DNA of 19,518 nt from a virus (IMGVR_UViG_2541047681_000004), one strand, 5' to 3'; positions 1-8,650 are shown, counted from the stretch's first letter. Made by a program: numbers and translations. Notes: a model not told the origin generated them from the sequence alone.

Positions 1-390
1 TTACTCTTTTTTCTCCGTATCTGCATCGGGTTCATCAGCAAATAGCTTGCCCTGCATCCGATCCAGTTCTTCTTTTCTTACCCGCTTAACCACGCTGTAG
101 ACCCACTGAAGCGAAACACCAAATTTGCGGGCCAGTTCGTGGTGGTTGCGTCCGTTAAACTCCCTGAAGATTTCCCGGTCGCGCTGACTGACCTTCCATA
201 CCATGCCCATCGGGAAATAAACGTTTTGCCCGCCCCAGACCTGCATCATTCGGTTCGCGACGGCCTGACCAATCTGGTCGGCAACTTCGGGCTCAATATC
301 AATAATCTCGCGAACGGTCTCAGAGGTATGCTGTGCCAGTTCCACCAGGAGTTCCGGCCCCTTACTTCGAAACTGATTCAGGTCGCTCAT
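1..390 (-). CDS. mor: Mor/C-family transcriptional activator (Mu middle/late activator-like), 129 aa
   Basis: Complete ORF with stop at window nt 1-3. Length and C-terminal pattern (GGQxVYxP...FNGRN..EL...GVS...VY) match my recollection of the Mu Mor family. Last gene of the leftward early operon. Confidence 0.75.
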   Translation of the reverse strand: MSDLNQFRSKGPELLVELAQHTSETVREIIDIEPEVADQIGQAVANRMMQVWGGQNVYFPMGMVWKVSQRDREIFREFNGRNHHELARKFGVSLQWVYSVVKRVRKEELDRMQGKLFADEPDADTEKKE

Positions 391-814
391 GTTTGACTCC
401 CGCAGCTCTGCGCTGCCACTTCTTCAGTTTCTCAATAACACTGCTTGCCTGTTCAGTACTGAGCCAGCGCAGGGCGCTGATGCCCGTTTCCCGCTTGATC
501 CACCCCGCTAATGCATTTTCTGAACGGTCACGAACAATGCCGGCAGCAGCCATTTCAAGCCATAGCGCACGAATTTTCCTGGACTGCGGATGGTTATCCA
601 GCGGTAAACCGGAGCTGGCTTTTCTGGCTGGTTTAACGCGAAAGCCTTTCTTTTTCATGGATTCCAGCACGCAGTTTAGTTGTGTGGTATCCATTCCTTT
701 GGTTGAGGCTTTACCGGTCAGCCCCTGTAACATCTGGCGGTAGGTGTCTTCATCCATACCCAGTTCATTACGGGCAATATGAATGAGCTGGATAAGACGT
801 TGTTTAGTCATCAT
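362..814 (-). CDS. GemA-like early protein (Mu gp16/DUF1018-like), ~150 aa
   Basis: Track ORF 362..853; I prefer the ATG at 814 because an AAGGAG sits 5 nt upstream (RC of 820-825). N-terminus MMTKQRLIQLIHIA resembles the GemA family. Its 3' end overlaps the mor start. Confidence 0.65.
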   Translation of the reverse strand: MMTKQRLIQLIHIARNELGMDEDTYRQMLQGLTGKASTKGMDTTQLNCVLESMKKKGFRVKPARKASSGLPLDNHPQSRKIRALWLEMAAAGIVRDRSENALAGWIKRETGISALRWLSTEQASSVIEKLKKWQRRAAGVKHERPESVSK

Positions 815-1019
815 CGTTGCTCCTTTTACCTGCGCCACCGATATAATCGACATATAAAGGAAGCGCCACAGGCCAGTACAGGAACATCACCGACCAACTA
901 ATCCAGTAGCCGGCACCACTGTAACGTGAATAAAACCCTGAACGGCGGTGCAGTTCAGCAGTACACCAACCGACAAAACAATACCAGAACAGGGCACATA
1001 CAACAGATTCAGCAGTCAT
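804..1019 (-). CDS. small hydrophobic protein, ~71 aa
   Basis: Internal start of track ORF 804..1175; ATG at 1019 is preceded by GGGGGA. Trp/Phe-rich hydrophobic stretch. Stop overlaps the GemA ribosome-binding site. Confidence 0.35.
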   Translation of the reverse strand: MTAESVVCALFWYCFVGWCTAELHRRSGFYSRYSGAGYWISWSVMFLYWPVALPLYVDYIGGAGKRSNDDD

Positions 1020-1239
1020 TCTGAATATCCCCCCAACTGATATGAATATTACGGGCAGCAATGACAGGGTCGTTATTCCACCATGCACCTGACATGTATT
1101 TTTCAACCTGTTCGCGTCCGGCAATAACACCAATTGTGATCCCCGGCCTGACGTTCTTAAAAAAGGCGCGGGCAAAAAGGTATCTGGCAGATATTCGGCA
1201 GGCTTTTAATTTCCGGCTGTTACCTGATAGCGTAATCAT
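1009..1239 (-). CDS. hypothetical early protein, 76 aa
   Basis: ORF whose ATG overlaps the upstream stop (ATGA at 1236-1239); GGAGG 4 nt upstream. No family recognised. Confidence 0.4.
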   Translation of the reverse strand: MITLSGNSRKLKACRISARYLFARAFFKNVRPGITIGVIAGREQVEKYMSGAWWNNDPVIAARNIHISWGDIQNDC

Positions 1240-1919
1240 CTGGCCTCCAGTTTCTGTTGTTCCTGCCCACTGACCGGGCGGTGCAGTCTGACGTTCTGCC
1301 CTTCACGAAACCCCGCATAGCGCGAGGCGTCGCCATTGCGGCTTCTTCCCGGTTTACGCGCCCTGGTGGTTTGCGTCTGCGGGTATTTATGTTCCAGCCA
1401 CTGCTGCATCAGTTCACGTTCGTCATCGGTCAAGGCGAAGGACTGTATTTCACTGATAACGGCCAGCACCCAGCCTTCAGCAAACTGGTCTCCACGGCTG
1501 GTGCGGGTGGCGGTTTTTATTCTTTTGTTCTGTGCACTGATATACTGCTGACGCGCCTTTTTCAGCTGACGGGCCAGCACTTCCCAGGTGTACGCGGCCA
1601 GTGCGGCCCGTTCCCGGTTGCCGTAGAACCCCACACCCGGATATGTGCCGGGGTGAATGATGGAGTTAACACCAAATGCCTCGCGGATGATGTTCATCAG
1701 GCCCAGCATGTAGCGCGGCGGACGGAGGCTGCCTGTCGGCCAGTAGTGACTGATGGTTTCATCAATATCACTCATGGCGATGTCGGAATGTGTGATGCCG
1801 TGAACATCCATCAGTTTACGGGCGCGGCGCAGTGCCAGAGCAGCCTCATTCGGGTTGCCGGATGCTGCCAGCGCCAGCAACTTTTTCAGTTTCTCAATGT
1901 GCTTATCCTGGTCTGTCAT
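1236..1919 (-). CDS. DUF2786-like phage protein, 227 aa
   Basis: N-terminus (KLKKLLALAASGNPNEAALALRRARKLM) matches the DUF2786 signature as I recall it. Start overlaps upstream stop (ATGA at 1916-1919). Confidence 0.55.
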   Translation of the reverse strand: MTDQDKHIEKLKKLLALAASGNPNEAALALRRARKLMDVHGITHSDIAMSDIDETISHYWPTGSLRPPRYMLGLMNIIREAFGVNSIIHPGTYPGVGFYGNRERAALAAYTWEVLARQLKKARQQYISAQNKRIKTATRTSRGDQFAEGWVLAVISEIQSFALTDDERELMQQWLEHKYPQTQTTRARKPGRSRNGDASRYAGFREGQNVRLHRPVSGQEQQKLEAR

Positions 1920-2221
1920 TGTTCAGTATCTCCGGTGTACATGACGCCCAGCCGTGCGGCAAGGCGTTCCAGTTTTTTCTGTTTGTGGAAGTCAATCAGC
2001 CGGTCCATTCCCTGAAGGCGCAGCTGCTCTGTCATGATTTCCACGTCTGCCAGCTCTGCCGCGAGGTCACTTTCGCTGCCCTGTCCGTTCAGGTTGCGGG
2101 CGGCACTGGCCGCCAGTTCAGCAGCCTCTTCTGTCAGTTTCAGGGCCTGTGCATCCGGACCGAAACGCTGCAGGGCCAGACGGTAGAGGGCGGTGCGGGT
2201 GAGTTCGGTGTTCCGTGTCAT
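1916..2221 (-). CDS. MazG-like nucleotide pyrophosphohydrolase-domain protein, 101 aa
   Basis: EExxE...ExxD arrangement (LTEEAAEL ... ELADVEIM) typical of small all-alpha MazG/HisE-type NTP pyrophosphatases. GAGGG ribosome-binding site 7 nt upstream. Confidence 0.45.
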   Translation of the reverse strand: MTRNTELTRTALYRLALQRFGPDAQALKLTEEAAELAASAARNLNGQGSESDLAAELADVEIMTEQLRLQGMDRLIDFHKQKKLERLAARLGVMYTGDTEQ

Positions 2222-2230
2222 GCCGCGCCC

Positions 2231-2503
2231 TCAGTGTTTCCGGTCGACGGTGATGTTCAGGCCGCCTTCTGCAGTGGTTTCCACCCGGTACGGCACCTCG
2301 TGCTCTGCCGTGTGGGTGAGTGTGTTCATCAGTACCTGCAGGGCAGCCGCCTTTCCGTTGGTTGCCACAATGGCCTGAGCGGCAATGCTGATTAACGCCG
2401 TCAGGACGTGCTTCACATCGGTGAGGTCGCGGCATTCACACTCGTTGACATAGTGTTCAACAAGGGTTCGGGTGCGCTGTCGTGCTTCCTGTGGGGTAAT
2501 CAT
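2231..2503 (-). CDS. hypothetical early protein, 90 aa
   Basis: ORF in the coupled operon (ATGA overlap at 2500-2503 with the upstream gene). No family recognised. Confidence 0.45.
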   Translation of the reverse strand: MITPQEARQRTRTLVEHYVNECECRDLTDVKHVLTALISIAAQAIVATNGKAAALQVLMNTLTHTAEHEVPYRVETTAEGGLNITVDRKH

Positions 2504-2694
2504 TGCGCGTCCTCCCTGTCAGGGCGGGAGAATTCCATGACGGGCACGTCCGCCGAAAAATGCTGGCTGCAGTACGGACAGACCAGGGTGACACGTACTG
2601 CAGGTACGTGGTACTTACCGGACATCACGGCGATGGCGCTGTGAAAACGCAGGGCTGTTATATCCCTCTCGCACTGAATACATTTAAATATCAT
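2500..2694 (-). CDS. small zinc-ribbon protein (CxxC...CxxC), 64 aa
   Basis: Two CxxC pairs (CIQC ... CPYC). GAGGAG ribosome-binding site upstream (RC of 2703-2708). Confidence 0.5.
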   Translation of the reverse strand: MIFKCIQCERDITALRFHSAIAVMSGKYHVPAVRVTLVCPYCSQHFSADVPVMEFSRPDREDAQ

Positions 2695-2712
2695 AATTTA
2701 ATTCTCCTCTGT

Positions 2713-2749
2713 TTCCGGCGTGCAGAAGCCCACGGCGCTGACGCCGGAA
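2713..2749. other. intergenic stem-loop (9-bp stem, 19-nt loop) beside an AT-rich tract
   Basis: TTCCGGCGT (2713-2721) pairs with ACGCCGGAA (2741-2749). Lies between gam and the Zn-ribbon gene next to an A/T-rich stretch (2750-2791). Possibly an internal promoter or RNA processing element. Confidence 0.3.
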
Positions 2750-2791
2750 TAAAAAAGAAAATGTTTTTATTAAATAATTAACGTGGTGTGT

Positions 2792-3322
2792 TTACTGCAC
2801 ATCCTGCTCAAAAGGAATTATTGAAAAATCCTCAATATCACTTTTTATGGTAATACCGGGAATATTTTTCACGGCGTCCTTTTCATTCAGGATAGCGTCT
2901 TTATTTATTTCCTCTTTTACACGAATAAAGCGCTCAAGCCCCAGACGTCTCAGTAATTCAATAACATTATCCGCCCCACGGATACTGACTGATGGCGGAC
3001 GGTTTCGTCACTGCACCTCGCCGGTGGTGAGGTTAGCGAACTTCACCTTCCCGTTGCCGGTCAGTTCATCACGGTGTGCCTCACACCATGTCTGAATACC
3101 GGACTGCAGTTCGGCCATGCGTTTTTTCAGGCTCTCGGTGAGCGGGGCATAACGTGCGGTGATATCGCCAATGGCGTCATTCATTTCTGTTTCAGCCCTG
3201 ACCAGTTCACGTTGTGCGTCACCGAGTAGTCTGATTCCCTCAATGACCTCTTCACGTGTCCCCGGCACCCAGAGTGCTGCTGCGGCCTTGATACGTTTTG
3301 CACCTTTTGTACTTTTTGCCAT
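2792..3322 (-). pseudogene. gam: Gam-like host-nuclease inhibitor, interrupted by an in-frame TGA at 3008-3010
   Basis: The N-terminal 104 codons (3011..3322) and the following 71 codons (2795..3007) are in the same frame, and both resemble Mu Gam as I recall it. They are separated only by one TGA; the downstream segment has no further stops until TAA at 2792-2794. Confidence 0.7.
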
Positions 3323-3349
3323 TTTTTATGATTTCTCCAGTTGTGCTGA

Positions 3350-3619
3350 TTACCACAAAGATTCCGGCCACACGACGCGACAGCCGTGCAGTTCGAAAAC
3401 GCCCTGACGGAAATATCCCCTGTGGTCATGTCCGGTATACAGATAACAGGCCTTTCCCTGCTCAAGCATGCGCATGCAATGCGCACTCCGGGAAACGCGG
3501 ATGACAGGTTTGTTACCCCTGATGGTGATGCTCTGTACATCCGTGTTCGTCGCCTTAAGCGCCATAATGGCTGACTGCACTTTGCTGATTTGCTGGTTGA
3601 TACCTGTGGTGGATTTCAT
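3350..3619 (-). CDS. hypothetical early protein, 89 aa (occupies the position of Mu kil)
   Basis: ORF directly downstream of the B-like gene with a GGGG ribosome-binding site. No family recognised; the kil comparison is positional only. Confidence 0.45.
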   Translation of the reverse strand: MKSTTGINQQISKVQSAIMALKATNTDVQSITIRGNKPVIRVSRSAHCMRMLEQGKACYLYTGHDHRGYFRQGVFELHGCRVVWPESLW

Positions 3620-3621
3620 TA

Positions 3622-4788
3622 TTAAACCCCTTTGACAACGTCAGCGTTGACCTGTGGAACCCCGATTTCAGCGGCCAGATTCATGGCGGCTATTACCAGG
3701 TTACTGACGGCCAGCGGATACAGCAGGCTGACCATATTTTTACGGTGACTTCCCGGATTGCTCAGGCGGGCACGTATGGCATCCACTGCACCGGCGTCCA
3801 TAATGTCCGTCAGCTGTTTACCGGCCCGTTGCAGTTTGAACGTCAGAAATTCTTCAAGGTTATTGTCCAGAGGCAGAAGTTCGACCACCTCACAGCGCTG
3901 AACGACTTCACGGACTTCCATATTGCGTTCAGACAGTTTTGTCGCCAGTTCCGGCTGGCCAATCAGCACGATGGACAGCAGTTTTTTGAAACCGGACTCC
4001 AGCTCAAAAAAGCGTTTGAGGTGTTTCAGTGTCGGAATGGGCAGACTGTGGGCCTCCTCAATCACCAGAACGTGGCTGAACCCCGCCTGGCTGCTGTCTT
4101 TCAGGACGCGATGCAACTGGCGAAAACGGGCGTCCTGACTGCGTCTGATGCTTTCCAGTGGTGCGATGGTACTGATAATGGCTTCGGCAATCGCTGCTGC
4201 CTTCAGGGTTTTCCCTTTCACATCGTTGTCTTCCATAGCGATGATGTATGGCTCGATAACAATTACCGGCGCATTCTCGCGGTTGATACGTTCAGTCAGG
4301 TCGCGGCGCAGCGTGGATTTACCCGCACCGGACTCACCGATGACGGCCATAAACCCACCATGACGGGCTGTCTGGTACAGCGCCTCACGCACGTAGCGAA
4401 TATCCGGGGTGGTGAACACATCATCAGAACCCTGCATGGCTTCGTCGGCGAACGGGTCACGGAAAAGACCAAACGCTTTTTTGGTTGCTGGAAATAACAC
4501 CTGTTTTTTGAGTAACATATTCTCTTCCTCACTGAGGCTCGTTTTATCTGTGGTACCCGCTGTACGGGGCGTGGCCGCGCCCTGTACAGCATCAAAACTC
4601 TTCGTTGTATCAATCCCCTGACTTTCCAGCCAGGACGCAAGACGCCGGCGCACTTCTCCGGGGCTGGTGCGGGGCCACGCGTTATGATTCACAATCTGGG
4701 CCAGCGTGGCCTCAGAAACATCGACAGCTCTCGCCACCACCGCCTGTGGAATACGGGCCTCTTTCAGTTGCTGCTTCAGTACCAGCAT
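3622..4788 (-). CDS. Mu B-like transposition/target-DNA activator, AAA+ ATPase, ~388 aa
   Basis: Walker A GESGAGKST and Walker B-like VLVIEEAH, with an N-terminal HTH-like region. Preferred start is ATG 4788, which has a GAGGAGG site 5 nt upstream overlapping the transposase stop; the track ORF extends to 4827. Confidence 0.8.
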   Translation of the reverse strand: MLVLKQQLKEARIPQAVVARAVDVSEATLAQIVNHNAWPRTSPGEVRRRLASWLESQGIDTTKSFDAVQGAATPRTAGTTDKTSLSEEENMLLKKQVLFPATKKAFGLFRDPFADEAMQGSDDVFTTPDIRYVREALYQTARHGGFMAVIGESGAGKSTLRRDLTERINRENAPVIVIEPYIIAMEDNDVKGKTLKAAAIAEAIISTIAPLESIRRSQDARFRQLHRVLKDSSQAGFSHVLVIEEAHSLPIPTLKHLKRFFELESGFKKLLSIVLIGQPELATKLSERNMEVREVVQRCEVVELLPLDNNLEEFLTFKLQRAGKQLTDIMDAGAVDAIRARLSNPGSHRKNMVSLLYPLAVSNLVIAAMNLAAEIGVPQVNADVVKGV

Positions 4789-4798
4789 GTTTCCCTCC

Positions 4799-6568
4799 TC
4801 AGTTGCCGTTAACAATGCTGATAACACTGCTGCGGGCCGGTGTGGTCAGCGTGGCCATGACTTCATCCAGTGCGGCTTCCGGTACGCCGTCCGGGTACTG
4901 TGCCGTTAACTGGCGGTAATGTTCCGGCGTCCAGGTAAGGCCGTCGGCGCTGAACTTATCGCGCAGGGCTTTCGCGGCCTCCACATGAGTCATGGGACGT
5001 TGTTCAGTGCGCGGCCCGCGTACGTCAGAGGCCTGACCACGCTTCGGCATATAGGCCGGAAGTGTGGTGTCGTCGATATGTTTATACGGGTCAAGCCGCC
5101 CGCCGAACGGCAGCGCCTTCGCCTTGCGTGCGGCGGCTGCATCTGCGGCGTTGTCTGTACCGGTAACCAGCGCTTCGGTTTCTTTTGCCGCCATCTGTGC
5201 CGGGGTTTCCGGCAGGGCTTTGTAACTTTCGCCAAATACCGCCGCGCCTTCAGCAAAGCCAAACTCGTTCTTTCTGACCTCTTCGACCAGGAAGAACGTC
5301 TCGTGGCCGTCCTCACCGGTCAGAACCACCTGTGCCACATCGCTGCGCCATGGGTTACGGGTAATCATCAGTTTTTCACCAACCAGTACGCCCGGTACCG
5401 TTGATACGTCAAATTCAGTGCCCCGGAACGAGACACGAAGTTTTGGCGTGACTTTGCGGAGTTCTGGTGCCGCCACAGCCAGTTCACGACATACCTCAAC
5501 GGGAGGCGCTTTTTTCAGCTGCTCAGCAGTAATCTTCAGCCAGATATCCGTGCGGGTTTTACCGTGGCGGCTGTGAACAGCCGTGGCGTTAAAGTGGCTG
5601 CGCCATTTCGCGGCCAGCGCGTTGAGTTCTTCCAGACTGTGAACCGGCCGGAACTTCAGACCCGGCTCCAGCTTGCGTTCGATAATGTCCCGCGCCTTTT
5701 CCACCTGTCCGGTGGCGCGGGCGTTATGCGGCTTGTGCGCTATCAGGTCGATGCCCAGTGAGCGGCACATGTTTTTCGTCATACCCGCGGTGTTTGCCGA
5801 GCCGGGGTCGAGATAGAGTATTTTCGGCACGCCGTGCAGCACGTCTGCGCCGCCACGCTCCTGCATGGCGTTGATAAGCACAGAACACAGGTTCTCACCG
5901 GATTCCGCGCCCGTCACATACTCAACGTAAATCCAGCCGCTGGCATGGTCGGTAATCTCGTAACTCCACACGCGGTCACTGGCGATACGGGCAAGGTTAG
6001 CGGGCTTGTTCTTGTAGAACTTCGCGCTGTCCATCACCTGCAGCCCTTTATGTCCATTGCTCAGGTAGTAAAGCGTGCAGAGTGAGGCGTCAATCTGCCA
6101 GACATGATTGGGATGCAGACTGGCCACTTCGGTATGTGGTGCAGGGGCATCCAGTTGTTCCGGGTGCAGGCCATAGTTACGCAGAGCACGGCTGATGGCA
6201 TCTTCAGACAACGGGAAAAACTCACCGGTGGTTTCATCTGTTCTGCCTGCGGTGATAAAGCCGTTAGCCCGCAGGGTTTCCACTGCATCTGCGATGGAAT
6301 AGAGACGCTTACCGTTCTTGCGGGTGGCCTCACGCAGTGTGGCAGATATCAGCGCGGCTTCGTCGCGGGTCAGGGCGCTGCGCCCGGCATCGGCGCGTTT
6401 TTTGCGTTTATCAGTCACAGAGACCTCCTTCAGCCTGCGCAGCAGAGTGGCGCGGGACATGCCAAGTTCAGCACAGGCAGCGTCGTATATTGCACCGCGT
6501 TTACCATGCCCCGCGTCACGTGCCGCGCGGGCGACATAAACCAGTCGTTCAGTCAGGGCAGCATTCAT
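4799..6568 (-). CDS. DDE transposase with integrase-like core (transposable-phage TnpA), 589 aa
   Basis: N-terminal HTH-like region, a central core with Asp-containing motifs (WQIDAS, LYLDPGS) consistent with an rve/DDE fold, and a B-like ATPase gene immediately downstream as in Mu A-B. Confidence 0.85.
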   Translation of the reverse strand: MNAALTERLVYVARAARDAGHGKRGAIYDAACAELGMSRATLLRRLKEVSVTDKRKKRADAGRSALTRDEAALISATLREATRKNGKRLYSIADAVETLRANGFITAGRTDETTGEFFPLSEDAISRALRNYGLHPEQLDAPAPHTEVASLHPNHVWQIDASLCTLYYLSNGHKGLQVMDSAKFYKNKPANLARIASDRVWSYEITDHASGWIYVEYVTGAESGENLCSVLINAMQERGGADVLHGVPKILYLDPGSANTAGMTKNMCRSLGIDLIAHKPHNARATGQVEKARDIIERKLEPGLKFRPVHSLEELNALAAKWRSHFNATAVHSRHGKTRTDIWLKITAEQLKKAPPVEVCRELAVAAPELRKVTPKLRVSFRGTEFDVSTVPGVLVGEKLMITRNPWRSDVAQVVLTGEDGHETFFLVEEVRKNEFGFAEGAAVFGESYKALPETPAQMAAKETEALVTGTDNAADAAAARKAKALPFGGRLDPYKHIDDTTLPAYMPKRGQASDVRGPRTEQRPMTHVEAAKALRDKFSADGLTWTPEHYRQLTAQYPDGVPEAALDEVMATLTTPARSSVISIVNGN

Positions 6569-6571
6569 TGG

Positions 6572-7483
6572 TTATGCCTCCAGCCCGTTAATCTGTGGCG
6601 TCGGCTCAGTCAGCCATGAAGGCGCTGCATTGCCTGTTGGCTCGTCCGGCAGGTCAAATGTGGAGCGCAGGCTACGCGCTGTGCTTTCCAGTTGACAGAC
6701 CAGGCCTGCCATGAAGTCTCTGGGGGTATCAATCATGTTTTCAGCACAATATGCGCACAGTGTCTCAAAAGCGCTGGACAGTCGAACGGCGATGGCAGAT
6801 TCCGCCTCAACCGCTAATGCTGTCACTTCCGCCCGCAGCTTCTTAACCTCCTCATCAGGCTCAGGCAGCTGAATACGGGATTTCTTTTCCAGTCTGGTAG
6901 AGAGAGAATCAATTTTTTCATTTTTATCGGCGAGTACGCGCTGTTGTGCTGCGTTGGTTTCGCGCGCTTCGCGCAGGGCCTGGCGAAGTTCGCGTACTGA
7001 CATGCGATCAACGTCGTCAAGCGTCAGGCCGGCAACAGTGCCACCATCAGCCAGTTCGGCAAGGTTTTCATCGTCTTCCGTCATTAACTCGAATAATTTG
7101 GCTTTTCCTAAAAGCGCAAACGTCTGCGCTTTTGACTCAAGTTGTGGTGATAAATATTTTATTGATGCCTGCATCATTACCTGTGCAGTACGCTTTGACA
7201 TTGATAATTCAGACTCGACAATATTTATGAAATCACCATATGGTTCATTTTCTTTCAGTATTATCAGTCGTTTACCTGCCTCTAGCATGGCCTCAGCACT
7301 TTGTGCCATATAAAAGCGTGCTTCGTGAACAATGCGATCACGTTCATAAGGCAGACCATCGCCGAACTGCTGCATGATCTCCACGCGGTGTTGTGCCATG
7401 GTATTAAGACTGATGTTGAGATCATCAGACAGCGGCACCTCAGCATTCAGATCAGTGGACATTGGTGATTTGGTACGTCCCAT
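6572..7483 (-). CDS. conserved early protein, 303 aa, coiled-coil rich
   Basis: Long ORF immediately upstream of the transposase, with AAGGAG 7 nt upstream. No confident family; possibly one of the DUF-type early proteins of transposable phages. Confidence 0.55.
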   Translation of the reverse strand: MGRTKSPMSTDLNAEVPLSDDLNISLNTMAQHRVEIMQQFGDGLPYERDRIVHEARFYMAQSAEAMLEAGKRLIILKENEPYGDFINIVESELSMSKRTAQVMMQASIKYLSPQLESKAQTFALLGKAKLFELMTEDDENLAELADGGTVAGLTLDDVDRMSVRELRQALREARETNAAQQRVLADKNEKIDSLSTRLEKKSRIQLPEPDEEVKKLRAEVTALAVEAESAIAVRLSSAFETLCAYCAENMIDTPRDFMAGLVCQLESTARSLRSTFDLPDEPTGNAAPSWLTEPTPQINGLEA

Positions 7484-7493
7484 TGATTACTCC

Positions 7494-7802
7494 TTATAAA
7501 CGACTACCTGAAATGACACGTTGGTTGATTTCGTTAATACGATCCTGCGCTCGTGCCATCTCGTTACTGTGAGCCATGGCGATCTGCAGTAACTGGATGC
7601 CCGGTGCAAAACGTCCATTCTCCAGTTTCAGGGCCAGCCCTTCTTCAATGAGGGTGTTGAGTGCCCGATTAATGTTTGCTGGTGACTCGTGCAGTGCTGC
7701 CGCCAGTTCACCGTTGGAGATACCGTTCAGAGCGTGGCCACGTAACGCCTTAAGAACACGCAAAATACGGGTACCTGCGCTTGATGTATTTGGTTTATTC
7801 AT
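7494..7802 (-). CDS. winged-helix DNA-binding protein (IclR N-terminal HTH-like), 102 aa
   Basis: RILRVLKAL...GISNGELAAAL...SPANINRALNTLIEEG resembles the IclR-type HTH. Second gene of the early operon. Confidence 0.45.
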   Translation of the reverse strand: MNKPNTSSAGTRILRVLKALRGHALNGISNGELAAALHESPANINRALNTLIEEGLALKLENGRFAPGIQLLQIAMAHSNEMARAQDRINEINQRVISGSRL

Positions 7803-8023
7803 GACACCTCCTTAAGGATACCGGGGGTAACTTCTTTACCTATTGCAACCGATAGATCTCGCAAAATCCGATAAGTCAAACGACCACGTGGTAGTTCACT
7901 TTTACCAGCCCAGCGACTGACTGCCTGTGTGACTGTTCGTGGCTCATAGCCTGCGTTAAGCGCGAACTGGCGCAAGCTACTGCCTCGTTCAACTAGTCGT
8001 GCCCGAACTTGTTGTTTATTCAT
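7799..8023 (-). CDS. small HTH DNA-binding early regulator (Ner/Cro-like by position), 74 aa
   Basis: First gene of the leftward early operon, divergent from the repressor. HTH-like segment SLRQFALNAGYEPRTVTQAVSR. Confidence 0.5.
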   Translation of the reverse strand: MNKQQVRARLVERGSSLRQFALNAGYEPRTVTQAVSRWAGKSELPRGRLTYRILRDLSVAIGKEVTPGILKEVS

Positions 8024-8096
8024 ATGCGGATAGTTCCAGTTGGGTTATCATGTACTCAATATGAATAAATGTACTTATTCAAAATAAATAAATCAA
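8024..8096. promoter_or_regulatory. divergent early/repressor promoter region with candidate operator
   Basis: AT-rich 73-bp spacer between divergent genes. Inverted repeat TGAATAA-N6-TTATTCA at 8062-8081; ATGTACT occurs at 8050-8056 and 8069-8075. Candidate minus-strand promoter TTGATT-N17-TACATT overlaps the repeat. Confidence 0.5.
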
Positions 8097-8528
8097 GTGG
8101 AATTACGCAAAATGAATAACAAAGATGTTAACGCTGTGCTTTCCCGGTTAATGTCACTATTCCAAGCAGAGAATGATAGTGAGTTGGCAAGAGCGCTTAA
8201 CGTCAATAGGCAGACACTTGCAAGTTGGAGGAAGCGTGATTCTGTGCCTTATGCAATTTGCATAAACATCGCAGAAGAAAAGGGGGTTTCTTTAGATTGG
8301 TTGCTAACAGGTAGAAAACAAGGTTTATCAAAAGAAGTAGACGTAACTCCGACGCAAGTGCAGTTTAGCCAAGCTGACCTTACTATGCTTGAGCTTTTAA
8401 AGCAGCTAGACCCCGAGGTTCGTAACGATCTTCTGCGAGGCGCTGCGGAAAAACAGCGAGTGATCGAGATGGAAAAACAACTGAAGGAATTATCCGCAAC
8501 GATTGAGCGGTTAAAAAATGTGGGTTAA
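8097..8528 (+). CDS. CI-type phage repressor
   Basis: N-terminal HTH (LARALNVNRQTLASWRKR) with a coiled-coil C-terminus, typical of CI-like repressors. Divergent from the early operon. Start uncertain: GTG 8097 or ATG 8112. Confidence 0.7.
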   Translation: MELRKMNNKDVNAVLSRLMSLFQAENDSELARALNVNRQTLASWRKRDSVPYAICINIAEEKGVSLDWLLTGRKQGLSKEVDVTPTQVQFSQADLTMLELLKQLDPEVRNDLLRGAAEKQRVIEMEKQLKELSATIERLKNVG

Positions 8529-8548
8529 TCTATTCCCAATGAGAACAA

Positions 8549-8580
8549 TTGACAAGGTTATCAAACCTCTTCGTTATATG
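8549..8580 (+). promoter_or_regulatory. possible sigma70-type promoter for the downstream cassette
   Basis: TTGACA at 8549-8554 followed 17-20 bp later by a weak -10-like TATA-rich segment (8572-8580). The cassette may also be read through from the repressor promoter. Confidence 0.25.
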
Positions 8581-8650
8581 CGCTGATTTAAACAGTAGGA
8601 TGTGCTGTTTGCACTAACCATCTGAACTTTCCGCGTTAAGGATTAATCGT

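Noticed and set aside
804-1175. Long 123-aa version of the small membrane ORF
   Set aside because: The extended N-terminus overlaps the upstream 76-aa gene in another frame; the internal ATG at 1019 has a ribosome-binding site and gives a non-overlapping gene.
1257-2015. 252-aa plus-strand ORF (and similar plus-strand ORFs at 1832-2395, 3745-4497, 4919-5404, 6104-6619) in the early region
   Set aside because: They lie antisense to well-supported, translationally coupled minus-strand genes in GC-rich sequence, have no ribosome-binding sites and low-complexity Arg/Cys/Gly-rich translations. Typical shadow ORFs.
2847-3095. 82-aa plus-strand ORF across the gam interruption
   Set aside because: It is antisense to the two Gam-homologous segments, so the minus-strand interrupted gam explains the region better.
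8529-8650. Possible prophage end (Mu-type terminal repeats) just beyond the repressor gene, as in Mu
   Set aside because: No Mu-type terminal repeat motifs were found, and phage-type genes continue on both sides; the window appears entirely internal to the prophage.
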